Source of the DNA: an uncultured Acidobacteriota bacterium | GTDB taxonomy: Bacteria; Acidobacteriota; UBA6911 | Assembly (NCBI GenBank): GCA_963827655.1 | Contig: CAWHCF010000043.1 | Location: 1 to 64,000 of the forward strand | Reading direction: 5' to 3' | DNA length: 64,000 nucleotides | Shown here: positions 1 to 12,994 of the stretch, in pieces | Position numbering within the stretch: position 1 is the first letter of the stretch | Layout of the letters: the number at the start of each line of letters is the position of its first letter | Program-made: the position numbers and the translations under genes | The notes under the pieces: generated by a model | What the model was told of the DNA's origin: nothing | Databases searched by the model: none | What the model saw: only the letters and a program-made list of their open reading frames with translations

Positions 1-2928
1 CCGACAGTGTCAACGCGCCGCTGTTACGCCCCGAGGCTATCAACTTCCCGTCAGCACTTAAAGCGACGCTCAACACCTCGTCTCGCTTACGGTCGGTTGG
101 CAGTCGGGCGTGATTTGCGAGTCGCCGCATCCCAGATTTTCAGCGTTCCGTCCCCGCTGCCGGAGACTATGGTCTTGCCGTCGGGCCGGAAAGCCAGACC
201 CCGAAGGGCTTTCGGGTGCGCGTCCACACGGTGACCAAAGGCCGTCGCGTCGACATCCCACAGAATGAGCCAAGTCGTAGCTCGCCGAAACAAACGATCT
301 TCCGTCGCGACTGAACATGACGCTCCGCACCTCGTTCTTATGCGCTCGCAGTACCTGTCTGGCCCGAATTTCCCCGTCATGATCAGGGGTTCCTCCGGAT
401 CCCAGACGACGATCGTACCGTCCTTGCTCGCGGAGACTCAGCTTCTGCCGTCATTGCTGAACGCCAGGTCGTAGACCCAATCCTGGTGCTCGCGCTCCTC
501 CGCCGCCGCGCGAAACTTGCCGTCCCCTCCCGGCCCCAGAAGGCGACGGTCCCATCGGCGTGCCCTGAAACCAAGTGCTCGCCTTTTGGGCTGAACGCTA
601 CAGCGAAAGGAGTATCTCACGATTTATCTTCAAGTCGTCGACTTTTTGCCGGTCGCTTGGGTTCCACACGGAAGAGCGCGCCGTCAGTATGCGCGGTTGC
701 GAGCCACTTGCCGTCGGGGCTGAATGCAACCCCGTTGACCCCGCCTTTGCCCGTGTCGAGCGACCTACGGCCGGCTTCTTCGTCGCGGGATTCCAGAAGA
801 CGAAGTTCCATCGTCGCTCGCCGACACCAAGGTTGTGCCGTCAGGGCTGAACACGATCCGGTTCACCCACTGCTCATGATGTTTCTCGGGGCCCGATAGT
901 AGTTTGCCCGATGCGGCGTCCCAGAACATGACGGCTCCGCTGTCGTCTCCCGAAACGATCGTAGCGCCATCGGGACTGAACGTCACCGTCCAGGCGCGGG
1001 CGTTGTGGCGGCCTTCCAGCTTGCGCAGCTGCCTGCCCGTCTCCACGTCCCATTGGATCAGCATCCCATTGTCGCCCGCCGAGACGATGGTCTTTCCGTC
1101 GGGGCTAAACGCCACGCTATTCGGCGCCGTCGGCGAAGCGAGAATCTTGCGGACCTGAGCGAGACGGCTAATGGGCACGAGCAGGCCACGGCGCGCCTCG
1201 ACGCTGGGCTGGAGTCGATAGCCGGCGATCGCAAGAAGGGCTGCGGTATCGAGCGGAACGTTCATAGTCGGGTCAGCGAAAAGGATGCTCTGCGCGGCCA
1301 CCTTACCTCCGAGAGCGAGGTGAGACTGTTTGGCCGCCTCGGCGGCTGAGGCCTTGGCTTTGGTCTCGGCATCCTCGGCGGTCTCGCGGAGCTTCGTCTC
1401 TTCTTCCGCTTTCGTCTTCAGCGACCTCCCTAAGGCCTATGGCGTCCCCCTCCGCCATGAGAGCTCCGGTTTAGAGCTTTTTGGTTTCCGTTTCCGCTGT
1501 GAGGGCGTCGTTGCGAGCCGCCCGTGCGTTCAACCACATATAGATCGCGATGGCGGTGAAGACAATGCAGACCATCGCTACACCGATGACGAGTCGGTCC
1601 GCGCGCGCTGCCGGCGCGCCTCCCATTCGACACGCTCGCGCTCTTGTGTGACGGGCCTCTTCCTCGCGCTCGTGTTCGCGCTCCGCCGCCCGCCGGCGGT
1701 TGCGGTGCTCGCGCACGGCGCGGGTCAGCAAGTCGTGGGTCACTCAATCCGCTCCGCCCCGTAGCGTTCTTCCACGCGAAGCAGCCGGCGCTGGATGAGG
1801 AGATTGAGCTGATCCTGTGTGAGCCGACCGGGGACGGCGTCCTCTTTCGCGTAGCTGTTGCGGAACCCCTTTCGGTGATGAGATCGGTTTCGATGAAGCG
1901 GCGCCCCGCGTCGGGTAGGCTCTCGACGCACGAAGCATAGTAGTCCGAGATGATGCTCGGCCCGCGCCGTCCAAGAGCGCAGCGTCAAAGTGCGGCTTGG
2001 CCTGGCGCTTGCGCTGCTCGTCGAGGCCCCGGCAGAAAAGGCTTAGCAGGGCGGGCTCGATCTCGCCGCTCGGCGCAATGTCGGCTGCGCCGGCTCCGAA
2101 CTCGTGGCCTGCGCCGCCGCGACGAACGCGACGATGCGCCGTGCCGTCGCCTCGTCCATGAGGTGTGGGGCCGTGTCGTAAACGGCTGACAGCGCCTGCT
2201 CGGGCTGCATCGGTAGCAACCGCACCCGCACGCGGCCGAGCGACGGGATCTCCCGCCGCCAGGCCTCGAGGTCCGGCAGGAAGTCCTCGCGCAGGCTCAC
2301 GATGATCTTGTAAGGCATCGCGCGCAGGTCCAGCCGCTCGACTTCGGCAGCCTTGGCCTCAAGGAGGGCAGCGACCGCGGCGGGAATGCGGTTCTCGATG
2401 AGGTCGCCGAAGTCGATCCGGAACCGCTCGACGGCCTCCGGTACGTGCTCGCCGAGCGAACTGCTCCTCGAACTGGTCGACCACCAGGATCGGGGTCAGC
2501 TCGTAGTTCTCCTTGCTCCACAGCTCGAGAGTGGAACGATGGAGGTAGTCCCAGAGCGTCTCGCCGTCCGTGAACGCGGGCGCATCCACGCGTTCGCTCT
2601 CGCAGGTCGCCCGCAACACATCGCGCAACTGCTCGGCGAGCGGGGGCGCGTTGTGGCGGATGTCGAGGCGCACGTAGACGGGGAGGAAGTGCTTCTCGCG
2701 CAGGCGCGGGAACAGACCGGCCTTCAGGAGCGAAGTCTTGCCGAGCCCCGACTTGCCGAAGAGCACGGTGAGGGGCGCGCCGGCCACTCGCCGGACCAGC
2801 TCCTCGGCCTCGGCGTCGCGGCGGAGAAAATAGTCGCGCGCGTTTTCTTCGAAGGCCTGGAGCCCCGGCCATGGGTTGTCCGGGTCGAGCTGGCGTTCGA
2901 CCGGCAGGGCCGTGAGAGTCGCGTTCAC
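1..2928 (-). CDS. nSTAND1-like NTPase - winged helix - TM helix - WD40 repeat protein; multiple frameshifts, 3' end beyond window
   Basis: Pieces in successive frames: NPWPGLQAF, Walker A GKSGLGKTS, Walker B ILVVDQFEE (2359-2928), IIVSLREDFL (2043-2318), LIQRRLLR...IE(L)THDLL (1471-1988), TM LVIGVAMVCIVFTAIAIYMWL, then WD40 units such as VAFSPDGKTIVSAGDNGMLIQWD and LAFRPDGKTIVSGSGDGTLKIWD down to base 1. Confidence 0.85.
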
Positions 2929-4309
2929 CGGGCCTCCCGTCGGCGCGCCGCGCGGACCAAACGGTCCGCGTCGAGGGGGCGAGCCGACCGTCCGGGGCGC
3001 CGACGAAATTGAAGTCCCGGAACATGCGAAAGGCCACGTCGTAGCGCGCGGGGTTGCCGTCGAAATCGCCGTCGATCACGACCGGCACGATGAAGTCTCC
3101 CCGCGCGAAGCCCTTGTTGCGCTCGATGGCCTCGCGCCATTCCTTGAAGACCTCACCGACCTCTCGGCCCTCGGTATTCCGCGAGATCACCGGCAGGAAG
3201 AGCCGGACCTGGTCGCGGATGGTAGAGAGGATCTCGTCTTGCCATCGGACCCCGGGATCGAGGCGCCGTCTGTCGAGCCAGACGTTCCCATGCGCCGCTT
3301 TGATCGAGTCGGCAAGGCGATCGACGGCGTCGGCATCCTCGCGCGCGTAGCTGATGAAGATGGTTTCCTCGGTCGGGCCGGTGGGCATCGACTCGGCGGC
3401 CTGGGGTGCGGCTCCCGCCTTCGGCTGCGGGGCGCGCTTGGCCCACCGCGCGTGCAGCTCCGCGACGAACTCGGCCGGATCAGCCTCGAGGACCTGGACC
3501 AACGACTCGCCGCAGAAGGTGGAGAAGAACTCGACAAGGCCCGGGCTGCGGCCCACGTCCTGGCTCACGATGAAAAACTGCTTGGTCGTGCGCGACAGGC
3601 GGTTGTCGCTTGCCAGCCGCGTGAGTATGCGCCCGACCCAGTCCGACAACGGGACACCGATGAAGAGCAGCGCGTCGCCGCGGATCCGCTGGTTTAGCCA
3701 CTCGGGCAGTCGCGCCGACTCCGTGAGCAGGGCGTGCAGCCACTCTAACACGTCCTCCTCGTGCACGGCGTACTGGGGCGTGGACGAGGCTTGGCCGAAC
3801 AGCTGGAACACGATGACCTCGTCAGGTGCGGGCCGGCTGGCGTTGCGTTGCTGGTCGCCGGTCGACTGGTTGGGGGAGAACCAGAGCTCGCGAGTGCGTG
3901 CGGCGCCGGCGAACCGGACGGCGTTGACGGCGGCGGCGAGCACGTGGTCGAAGGTCGTGCTCACGAACACCGACAGGTCGCTGATCTGCGCGAGCTGCCG
4001 GAGCGACTCCGGCGGCTGCGGGTTCAGGTCCGACAGGAGGTCGGCGATGCGCCCGTAGAGCCGGCGGTCGGCGTTGTCCCTGCCGTGCTTAGCGACGTAC
4101 GCCCGTGCGGCGTCGTCGAGACTGGCCCGTGCCGTCCATTCGACTTTCAGGTCGTAGCGCTCGGCGAGCCGCTCACCCAGCAGCCGGCAAAGGGGCACGC
4201 AGCGATCGCCGTCCTTGACGGTCACAAGCTCCGAGCCGACCACCGGAAGTAGGGTGCCCGACTTCAAGTGGCTGAACAGATCGTCCCAGAAATCCTCGCT
4301 CGCTTTCAT
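2925..4309 (-). CDS. SIR2-like domain + C-terminal TIR domain protein; one frameshift near 2980
   Basis: N-terminal PVVGSEL, VSTTFDHVL, FQLFG and LLFIGVPLSDW match the SIR2_2-type layout. C-terminal IFISYAREDA...VWLDRRRL...FLPVISRN...FKEW is TIR. Likely true stop TGA at 2925-2927 (alternative frame ...RRREAR*) overlaps the GTG of the STAND gene (GTGA). Confidence 0.8.
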
Positions 4310-4942
4310 GTCTGATTACCTCCAGACTCGCCGCGGTCAAGAACCCGAGTCTGTCTTAGCCGACAAAGAATGAAGAAAAGGGAAAAGCCTTCCCTTTAAT
4401 CACCAAAAGCTTCTGAATGAGAAGGCCATCAACCTAGATTGTCTCTGGCGGCAATGACTATGAAAACAGCCGCCGGCGGGTTAGACCATCTATAAGGAGA
4501 AACAAGCGTCATTTTCAGCTCAAATCCGGGGTAACTCACGTTCTGAGAAGGAGTGTAATGTAAACCGACCCAGTCTGCCGCAACTGCCCAGAGCCCCGGA
4601 CCGATCACGACCGGGATTTTACATCAAAACGATGTTGCATAATAATCTGGAGTTGACAAACACGTCTCCTCCAGCAGCAGACATTTCTCCGACTAGTCTC
4701 TCCTGCTCACGAAAAGTTGAGTTCGCCTGTCTCGCGATCTGGTAATGCGGAGGCAATCGGGGGCGGTCTGGAACCGAGGCCGAGACAGTCAAGTATCTTT
4801 CGAGTCGCCTCCGGGGGATGAATGGCGGCAATAATCCTCATGCGGCCGCCACATCGGGTCAGCAATGTGAGCGCAACCTATAACTCGCATAGACGCCGGT
4901 CCGGCGCTCCAGCCGCGGCTTAGCGCCTTCGTTTTCCTCAGC

Positions 4943-5922
4943 TCACACGCGCGACCAGATGCGGGTCTCGAGCTCCAGCGTGTCGATCAGGCGCTCGGCC
5001 AGCCTCACGACCTCGGCCAGCTCGCCGCACGCGATCTCCGGCGTGATCTTGCGCGCCGAAGACCACTCATCTCGAACCGGTTCTTGTTCTGCGGGATCGT
5101 CACGAACACGGAGTTGTCGTGGAAGGACAGCCGCAGGTGCGAGCGCAGCACGCGCTGCGCCTCGATGATCAGCTCCATCATCTTCGGCGTCAGGATGTAG
5201 CGCGCCTCCTGCTGGTCCGTGCCGTAGACGCTGTACAGCTTCTCGAAGTCGACGCTCTCCATCCGGCAGATGTCCTTCCTGCGCCGGCTCTCCGACTCGC
5301 CGAACAGCCCGCCGAGGATCTTGCTCTCGCTGTCGGGCACCACGACGGTGTGGCCCAGGAAGTTCTTGTTGAAGTCGAGCCGGACGATGCTGCCCTTGAA
5401 GATCGTGACGGTGCGGCGGTTCTTGCCCGAGCCCTCGGTGCGCGTGGCCTTGGCCTCGAGAATCGAATACGTGACGGCGTTCTTCCTGCCGCAGACCTCG
5501 TCCTCGGCGTGCCACTTCTCGGCGCGCTTCTCGAACAGGTCCATGTCGAGGAAGTCCTGCTTCGTGAAGCGGGACTCGGCGCTGTACGTCATGCCCTGGC
5601 CGAGCGCGCCGACCACGCGCGTCACGACGATGCTGCTTGTAGGTCTTGTTGAGCGCGCGCCACTGGTGCGTGCCGAAGACAGGACGATGATGCCACGGCG
5701 CCGCCGACGGAGAGCCGCGGGTCCTGTAGCCGCGGTTCCACATGATGCTGTAGGCGATGAGCGCCGAGCGCCGCGCACACGGCGCCGACCGTGAGCGATG
5801 CGACGCCGGACCTTGGCGACTTCGGCGTTGATGTAGTCGCAGGCCGCCTTGAGCTTCACCTGCGACTGCTTGTCGAGCTGGCTGAGACGCCCGACGCGTG
5901 GTGCTGAAGGGTCGGCGCTCAC
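4943..5922 (-). CDS. DUF3137-like membrane protein (frameshifted)
   Basis: TIFKGSIVRLDFNKNFLGHTVV and MESVDFEKLYSVYGTDQQEARYILTPKMME motifs; downstream of lemA with GTGA overlap. Confidence 0.75.
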
Positions 5923-6483
5923 GCCTTGAACAGGCTCTTCATGTCGACGTCGCGCGCGCTTGCTGCTCTTCGGCGACGAACGTCTGACGCAGCCCGAAGC
6001 CGGTGCCGCCGGCGATCAGCGAGCTGGGGAAGGTCTGCACGGCGTTGTTGTAGTCGGTGACCGCGGCGTTGTAGCTGCGGCGCGCGGCCGCGAGCTGCTC
6101 CTCGACCTCGTTGAGCGAGCGCTGGAGCTGCACGAAGTTCTCGCTCGCCCGGAGCTGCGGGTAGTTCTCCATGGTGACGTTGAGCTGTCCCATGGCGCGC
6201 GTGAGCTGGTTGTCGGCGCGCGATCTTCTCCGCCGGCGTCCGGCTCGACGAGCGCCTGCGACCGCAGCCGCACGATCTCCTCCAGCAGCGAGCGCTCGTG
6301 TCCCATGTACTGCTTCACGGTCTCGACGAGCTTGGGGATCAGGTCGTAGCGCTGCGTGAGCTGGACCTCGATGGTGCTGAACGCCTGGTCCACCATGTTG
6401 CGCCGGCGAACCAGATTGTTGTAGATCACGACGCCGGCGATGCCGAAGAGCAGCAGCACTCCTCCGAGCAGAAAGAGGCTCAT
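5919..6483 (-). CDS. lemA: LemA family protein (frameshifted)
   Basis: N-terminal TM, YNNLV...IEVQLTQRYDLIPKLV, ENYPQLRASENFVQLQ...ARRSYNAAVTDYN...FPSSLIA. Confidence 0.9.
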
Positions 6484-6755
6484 GGGTTCTCCTTAATGAG
6501 CTTATAGGAATTTGAATTTCTATCACGAATGAATCGGCGGAGCGAGCAAATTGTCCGGTAATGGTGGCTGGCGACGGAGCGGAAGACGCGGGACGGGAAC
6601 TTAAAGGCGCCGGCATGCAACAGCTGGGCAAAGCGTCGTCTCACAACCATGAGCGTCGTAAGGTGAGGTACAGTCTGGTGCCGGTCCTTGGTCTGTGGCG
6701 AACGGCACCCGAGCTCCTCTGAGCCTGCCATAGGTCATCGGCAGAATGCGGGCTC

Positions 6756-7040
6756 TTATGCCCAGCCGCGCGTGAGGTAATCGGTCAGGGTCAGGAAGAT
6801 CATGATGGCCAGCCAGAATGCGCCCGCGCCAACCACAATCCACGTCAGGCGCGAACTGTAGCGCACGTGCATGAAGAACAGGGTTACCACGATGGCTTTG
6901 CCGACCGCGATCGTCAGAGCTACGATCGTGTTCAAGGGCCCCAGATCGGCGAATGCCACAAGAGTCGTGACCAGGGTAAGGATCATGAGCAACCCGAAGA
7001 CGTTGTAGTAGAGCTTCTTTGGAACGACGTGTCCCGCCAC
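6756..7040 (-). CDS. ctaF: Cytochrome c oxidase subunit IV (caa3-type)
   Basis: Three-TM small protein with IAVGKAIVVTLFFMHVRY; last gene of the cox operon; GTG start with GAGGA RBS. Confidence 0.85.
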   Translation of the reverse strand: MAGHVVPKKLYYNVFGLLMILTLVTTLVAFADLGPLNTIVALTIAVGKAIVVTLFFMHVRYSSRLTWIVVGAGAFWLAIMIFLTLTDYLTRGWA

Positions 7041-7080
7041 GGTCAGATCCTCAAACAACCCGATAAGCAATGAGGTTCTT

Positions 7081-7732
7081 TCATTGATGGCGCCCGATCA
7101 GGTAAAGCAAAGGAAAGAGAAAGATCCAGACAATATCGACGAAATGCCAGTACAGGCCCGACACTTCCACCGGCGTATGATAGGCCGGCGAGTAAACGCC
7201 GCGGCAGGCCTTTACCACGAGAACCGAAAGCACCCCGACTCCGATGATCATGTGCAGGGCATGAAGGCCGGTCATGGCGAAATACACGGAAAAGAACAAT
7301 TGCACTTGCCTGGCGTCTGGACCCGGATACGAGAATGCGCTTCCCGGGACCAGGTGGTGCTCGAATTTTTCGGCATATTCGACAGCCTTGATTCCCAGAA
7401 AGGTCAGACCGAGCAGCACCGTAAGAATGAGAAATCCGATCAGCGCCTTGCGGTTTCCGACTTGAGAGCCATGCACTGCCAGCGCCATCGTCAGACTGCT
7501 GCAGATCAATACGGCCGTGTTCACTCCGCCCAGGGTTATGTCGAGGTGGCGGCTGGCATCGGCGAAAGCGGCCGGATAGAACGTCCGGTACACGACGTAG
7601 GCGGTAAATATCCCGCCGAAGAACATGACCTCGGTGACCAGAAAGACCCACATTCCCAGCGACGATGCCTCGTGCTGCTGCTCGAGACTGTCGAAGTGAT
7701 GCTGCAAGGATGAACGTGCCAGCGCGTCGCTG

Positions 7733-7740
<8 letters not shown>
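7081..7740 (-). CDS. ctaE: Cytochrome c oxidase subunit III
   Basis: [45 protein letters not shown]. Confidence 0.95.
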
Positions 7741-9354
<1,614 letters not shown>

Positions 9355-9358
<4 letters not shown>

Positions 9359-10383
9359 TTCATTGACCCTCGAGTGCTATCCGGTTTCTGTCGTTTCTTT
9401 GGGTCATCGTATCTTGGCGGTCCTGCCGGAATCGCCGGTACGGTGCCACCTTCCGGAGGTCCGATAGACCGAATGTATTCGATGAGCTGCATCAGCTGCT
9501 CTTCCGTGACCAGCCCCTGGAAGGTGGGCATAAGCGGCTCGAATCCAGCCACAATCTTCGCTTTCGGATTCAGGATTGACTCACGGATATAGCCTGCGTT
9601 CGCCGTTGCAAGTTCGCCGCCTCGCAATTCCACTTGCTTGCCGTACAAGCCCTCCAGCAAGGGCCCTCGTCCCTGTGTGTCGCCGCGGTGACAGTTGTCA
9701 CAGGCCAGCGACTGGAACAGCCGTTGTCCCAGAGAGGCGAGGGACCCTTCAGCCGCGCCGCCGCTGAGCCACGCCTGGTAGTCGGCGGGTTCCATAACGA
9801 TGATCCAGCCTATCATGCCGGAATGGTTCGTCCCGCAATACTCGGCACAAAACAGGTGATAGCGCCCGGGCCGCGTCGCCTTGAACCAGATTGAGCTATA
9901 TCGGCCGGGTATAACGTCGGCCTTGATGCGAAATGCGGGGACGAAAAAACTGTGAATGACGTCTTCTGTGGCCATGATCAGCTTTACGTTGCGGTCGACG
10001 GGCACATGCAGCTCGTTGATCTCCCGCTGGCCGTCCTGGTGCTGAAACTTCCACATCCACTGTTTTCCCACCACGTAGACATCGAGCGATTCGGCCGGCA
10101 TCCGCGTGATTGCGAAGTAGACGCTTGCTCCCCAGATGAAAATAACCATGGAAATCATGAACGGGATCACCATCCAGATTACTTCCAGCTTGAGTGAACC
10201 GTGAATAGGCGCTCCCACCTCCCCGGGCGAACGCCGCCGGTATTTCACGGCAAAATAGACAATGAGTCCGGCGACGAGCAGCGAGAAAAAGAGAGAGATT
10301 CCTACCAGGAAGAAATAGAGCGCATCTACCCGCCAGGCAACCGTCGAGGCCTGCTCCGGAAATAACGGTAATCCGGTTTGCAT
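9355..10383 (-). CDS. ctaC: Cytochrome c oxidase subunit II with fused cytochrome c (caa3)
   Basis: KQWMW, DVIHSF, CuA motif [13 protein letters not shown]-terminal CDNCH. Confidence 0.96.
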
Positions 10384-10417
10384 AATTACCTGGTTCTCTC
10401 CGTCGTTCCGCTATGCC

Positions 10418-11311
10418 TCAATCAGGCTTCACGTTCCCTTGAGTCGTGGGTCTCAATCGTAATCGGTTGCGCCTTGCATCGCGGCGCAAGAATAAAATCA
10501 GAATCGCGCCTAAAGTCAAAACGGTCGCAGCGCCGCCCAGGCGGACGAAGTTCATGACGACGGCGCCGTATTTCCCCGTCGCAGGATCGTAGTGATAGCA
10601 GAACAGAAGCAGCTGATCGACCGGCGACCCGATCTGGTTGTTCGAGGCTTCCACCAGGCCAAGCCGAAGATCTCGCGGCGAATACTCGATTCCATAAAAA
10701 TAGCGCGAAATCTTCCCCTGCGGCGTCAGAACCATAATGCCGCTTGCGTGGGCGAACTGTCCCTTTTCGACATCGTATCGATAGCGGAAGCCGACAGCCT
10801 GAGTGAGGGCTTCGATCGAGCTCTCGGGCCCGGTCAGAAAATGCCAGCCGCCGTCCGCGCCGGGACGCGAATAGCGTCCCATGTAGGATTCCTTCTTGGC
10901 GGCTGCGAGGTCGGGCGTTTCGCGTGGATCAAAGCTTACTGTCAGGACCAGAAACTGTTCGCCGGCATCCAAAGAAAGAGCCTTGAGACTGCCCACGAGC
11001 CCATTCAGCACCTGGGTGCAAAGCATGGGACAATCGTAGTAGACGAGCGCGAGAATAATGGGCTTGCTGCCGAAGTAGTCTCCCAGTTTGATCGATCGTC
11101 CACTCTCGTCGCGAAACACCAGGTCGGGTGGGACCTGAGCGTTCAGTTTCTGCTCGATGACGACATTGCGAAGAGCGGCCGGCAGCGCAGGTTGCGCGAC
11201 AACCAGCCGGCAGGCGGCGAGAACCAGTAGGCAACACAAGGTTGCGCCGAGGGCGTTCTTGCCCGCGGGAAGCCGGCTTCTTGTAAGTTCCCTCGCCATA
11301 GTGTGACTCAA
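10418..11311 (-). CDS. SCO family copper chaperone
   Basis: YYDCPMLC, FAHASG, C-terminal TM; located between the act and cox genes. Confidence 0.92.
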   Translation of the reverse strand: MSHTMARELTRSRLPAGKNALGATLCCLLVLAACRLVVAQPALPAALRNVVIEQKLNAQVPPDLVFRDESGRSIKLGDYFGSKPIILALVYYDCPMLCTQVLNGLVGSLKALSLDAGEQFLVLTVSFDPRETPDLAAAKKESYMGRYSRPGADGGWHFLTGPESSIEALTQAVGFRYRYDVEKGQFAHASGIMVLTPQGKISRYFYGIEYSPRDLRLGLVEASNNQIGSPVDQLLLFCYHYDPATGKYGAVVMNFVRLGGAATVLTLGAILILFLRRDARRNRLRLRPTTQGNVKPD

Positions 11312-11340
11312 CCCATGTCCATGCCCGGCGTCTTCGCGTC

Positions 11341-11826
11341 TTAGCGGTGATCAGTTGCTCTTCCCGAAGCGGGATCGCGCGGCAGGGGTGCGCCGGAAAC
11401 GCCGTCGCCGGACCTCGACGGCAATCCCCGCTCGGCGAGCATCTTTATCGCCTGCTCGATCGGTATTCTTGCGGTTCCCGTGGCCTGAGCCACCCAGGCA
11501 TAGGTCGTCAGGATGGATTCCTCGGCTGCTCGCATTGAGTTCAGCTCCTCGACGGGATGGATTTCGTGTCCAGGGGCTCCCTGCAAGCGAGGTTCAGGCG
11601 GAAGCTGATCGCGCTCCTGTCCAGCGGACTGCGCGTAGGGTTCCCGCGCGGCATAATACTTGTAGAGTCCCCACATCAGAATGTGAGTGACGATGGCTAT
11701 GATAACCAACCCGACTCCGAACTTTACGATATCAGGAATGCTGACGTCGCTGGTTTCATGCGCTAGCTTCGGATTCGTCATTGGTTCCCCGGACTTCCCC
11801 TCATGGGGTGAGCTACTCTTTTCCAT
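11341..11826 (-). CDS. Single-TM protein of ACIII clusters (ActG-like)
   Basis: HETSDVS, TM, PPEPRLQ, RIPIEQAIKML; position directly after actF. Confidence 0.65.
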   Translation of the reverse strand: MEKSSSPHEGKSGEPMTNPKLAHETSDVSIPDIVKFGVGLVIIAIVTHILMWGLYKYYAAREPYAQSAGQERDQLPPEPRLQGAPGHEIHPVEELNSMRAAEESILTTYAWVAQATGTARIPIEQAIKMLAERGLPSRSGDGVSGAPLPRDPASGRATDHR

Positions 11827-12994
11827 GACTTAACGCTTCCTCCAGGTACGGGTCGTTCACCGGCAGCAAGGGCCTTGTCCTTAGCTGCTGCGAGAAGAAT
11901 GCAAGCCAGAGCCCGCCGATACCGATGGGGGCCGCGAGGTCCATGAAATGCAGACTCACTCCATCGTGGTGAAACTCCGGCGCGATCAGCCAGAACAGGT
12001 CGACGAAGCGCATGACGATCACTGCGACCGCCACGATCGCCAGCATACGGGCATTGCGTTTCACGCCTCTCGACAGCAGAAGAAGAAAGGGCGCGGCGAA
12101 GTGAAAAGCTATGAGCGTCAAACCGACCCATTGCCAGCCGCCCCTGGTCCGGTGCAAGTACCATGGAATCTCTTCCGGCAGGTTGCCCGACCAGATGATC
12201 AAGAACTGAGAGAAGGAGAAGTATGCCCAGAGCATGACAAGTGCGAGCATGAGTTTGCCCAGATCGTGCAGGTGACTGGGCGAGATCACGGAGGAAAACG
12301 GCTCACGCCTTGAGAGCAAAACCCCCAGCGCGATCACGAATGCGATGGCGGAAAGGGCCTGGCCGCCCATGAAGAGCACTCCGAAGATGGTTGAAAACCA
12401 CTCGGGCTCGAGTGACATCACCCAGTCTACCGAGGCGAACGTCACGGTGAGCCCATACAGCACCAGCCCGGGTCCGCTGAGATTCTCAAACCTGCGCGTC
12501 AAGCCGCGATCAGCCGTTCGATCCTGCTCTTCCGACCACTTGTTCAAGTAATGGGTCAGAGCCAGCCAGGCAGCAAAGTAAAGGATGGTGCGCACGAGAA
12601 AGAATGCGATATTCAGATAGGGTCGCTTGTGCTGCAGGAGCTCGCTTGATGCGACATTCGCAGAGACGGCCCAGCTGTAGATACTCTGCACCCCGAGAGC
12701 GATCGGAATGAAGAGCAGGAACATCAGCGGGAGCGTTCGCGTGCCTGACTCGAGCAAGCGGCGAATGACCAGACCCCACGCTCCGCCCGACAAATGGTGC
12801 ACCATGACAATCGCAAGGCAGCCAAGGGCGATCCCGGTCCAGAAAACATATCCGAGCAGATAGGAGCGGAAGAATTGCGCAGGGCTGAAGAACAAGCCGA
12901 CGACGCAGACCGCCATCCCCGCTATTCCGATCCGGAGACATTGGCGCTGCACCGCTTCCAGTTCAGGAGGCGCGTCATACAAGTTTTGGTTCAT
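11813..12994 (-). CDS. actF: Alternative complex III membrane subunit F
   Basis: Polytopic; DWVMSLEPEWFSTIFG, HLHDLGKL, WAYFSFSQFLIIWSGNLPEEIPWY. Confidence 0.9.
   Translation of the reverse strand: MNQNLYDAPPELEAVQRQCLRIGIAGMAVCVVGLFFSPAQFFRSYLLGYVFWTGIALGCLAIVMVHHLSGGAWGLVIRRLLESGTRTLPLMFLLFIPIALGVQSIYSWAVSANVASSELLQHKRPYLNIAFFLVRTILYFAAWLALTHYLNKWSEEQDRTADRGLTRRFENLSGPGLVLYGLTVTFASVDWVMSLEPEWFSTIFGVLFMGGQALSAIAFVIALGVLLSRREPFSSVISPSHLHDLGKLMLALVMLWAYFSFSQFLIIWSGNLPEEIPWYLHRTRGGWQWVGLTLIAFHFAAPFLLLLSRGVKRNARMLAIVAVAVIVMRFVDLFWLIAPEFHHDGVSLHFMDLAAPIGIGGLWLAFFSQQLRTRPLLPVNDPYLEEALSHGKE

Noticed and set aside
2297-2924. C-terminal ~210 aa of the 670-aa ORF as a real extension
   Set aside because: Arg/Pro-rich off-frame read-through over the STAND gene caused by a frameshift near 2980.
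4310-4940. ORF 4619-4831 or an ncRNA upstream of the SIR2-TIR gene
   Set aside because: No recognisable motif, RBS or convincing structure.
6480-6755. Short ORFs between lemA and the cox operon
   Set aside because: No recognisable family and atypical composition; treated as a junction or intergenic sequence.
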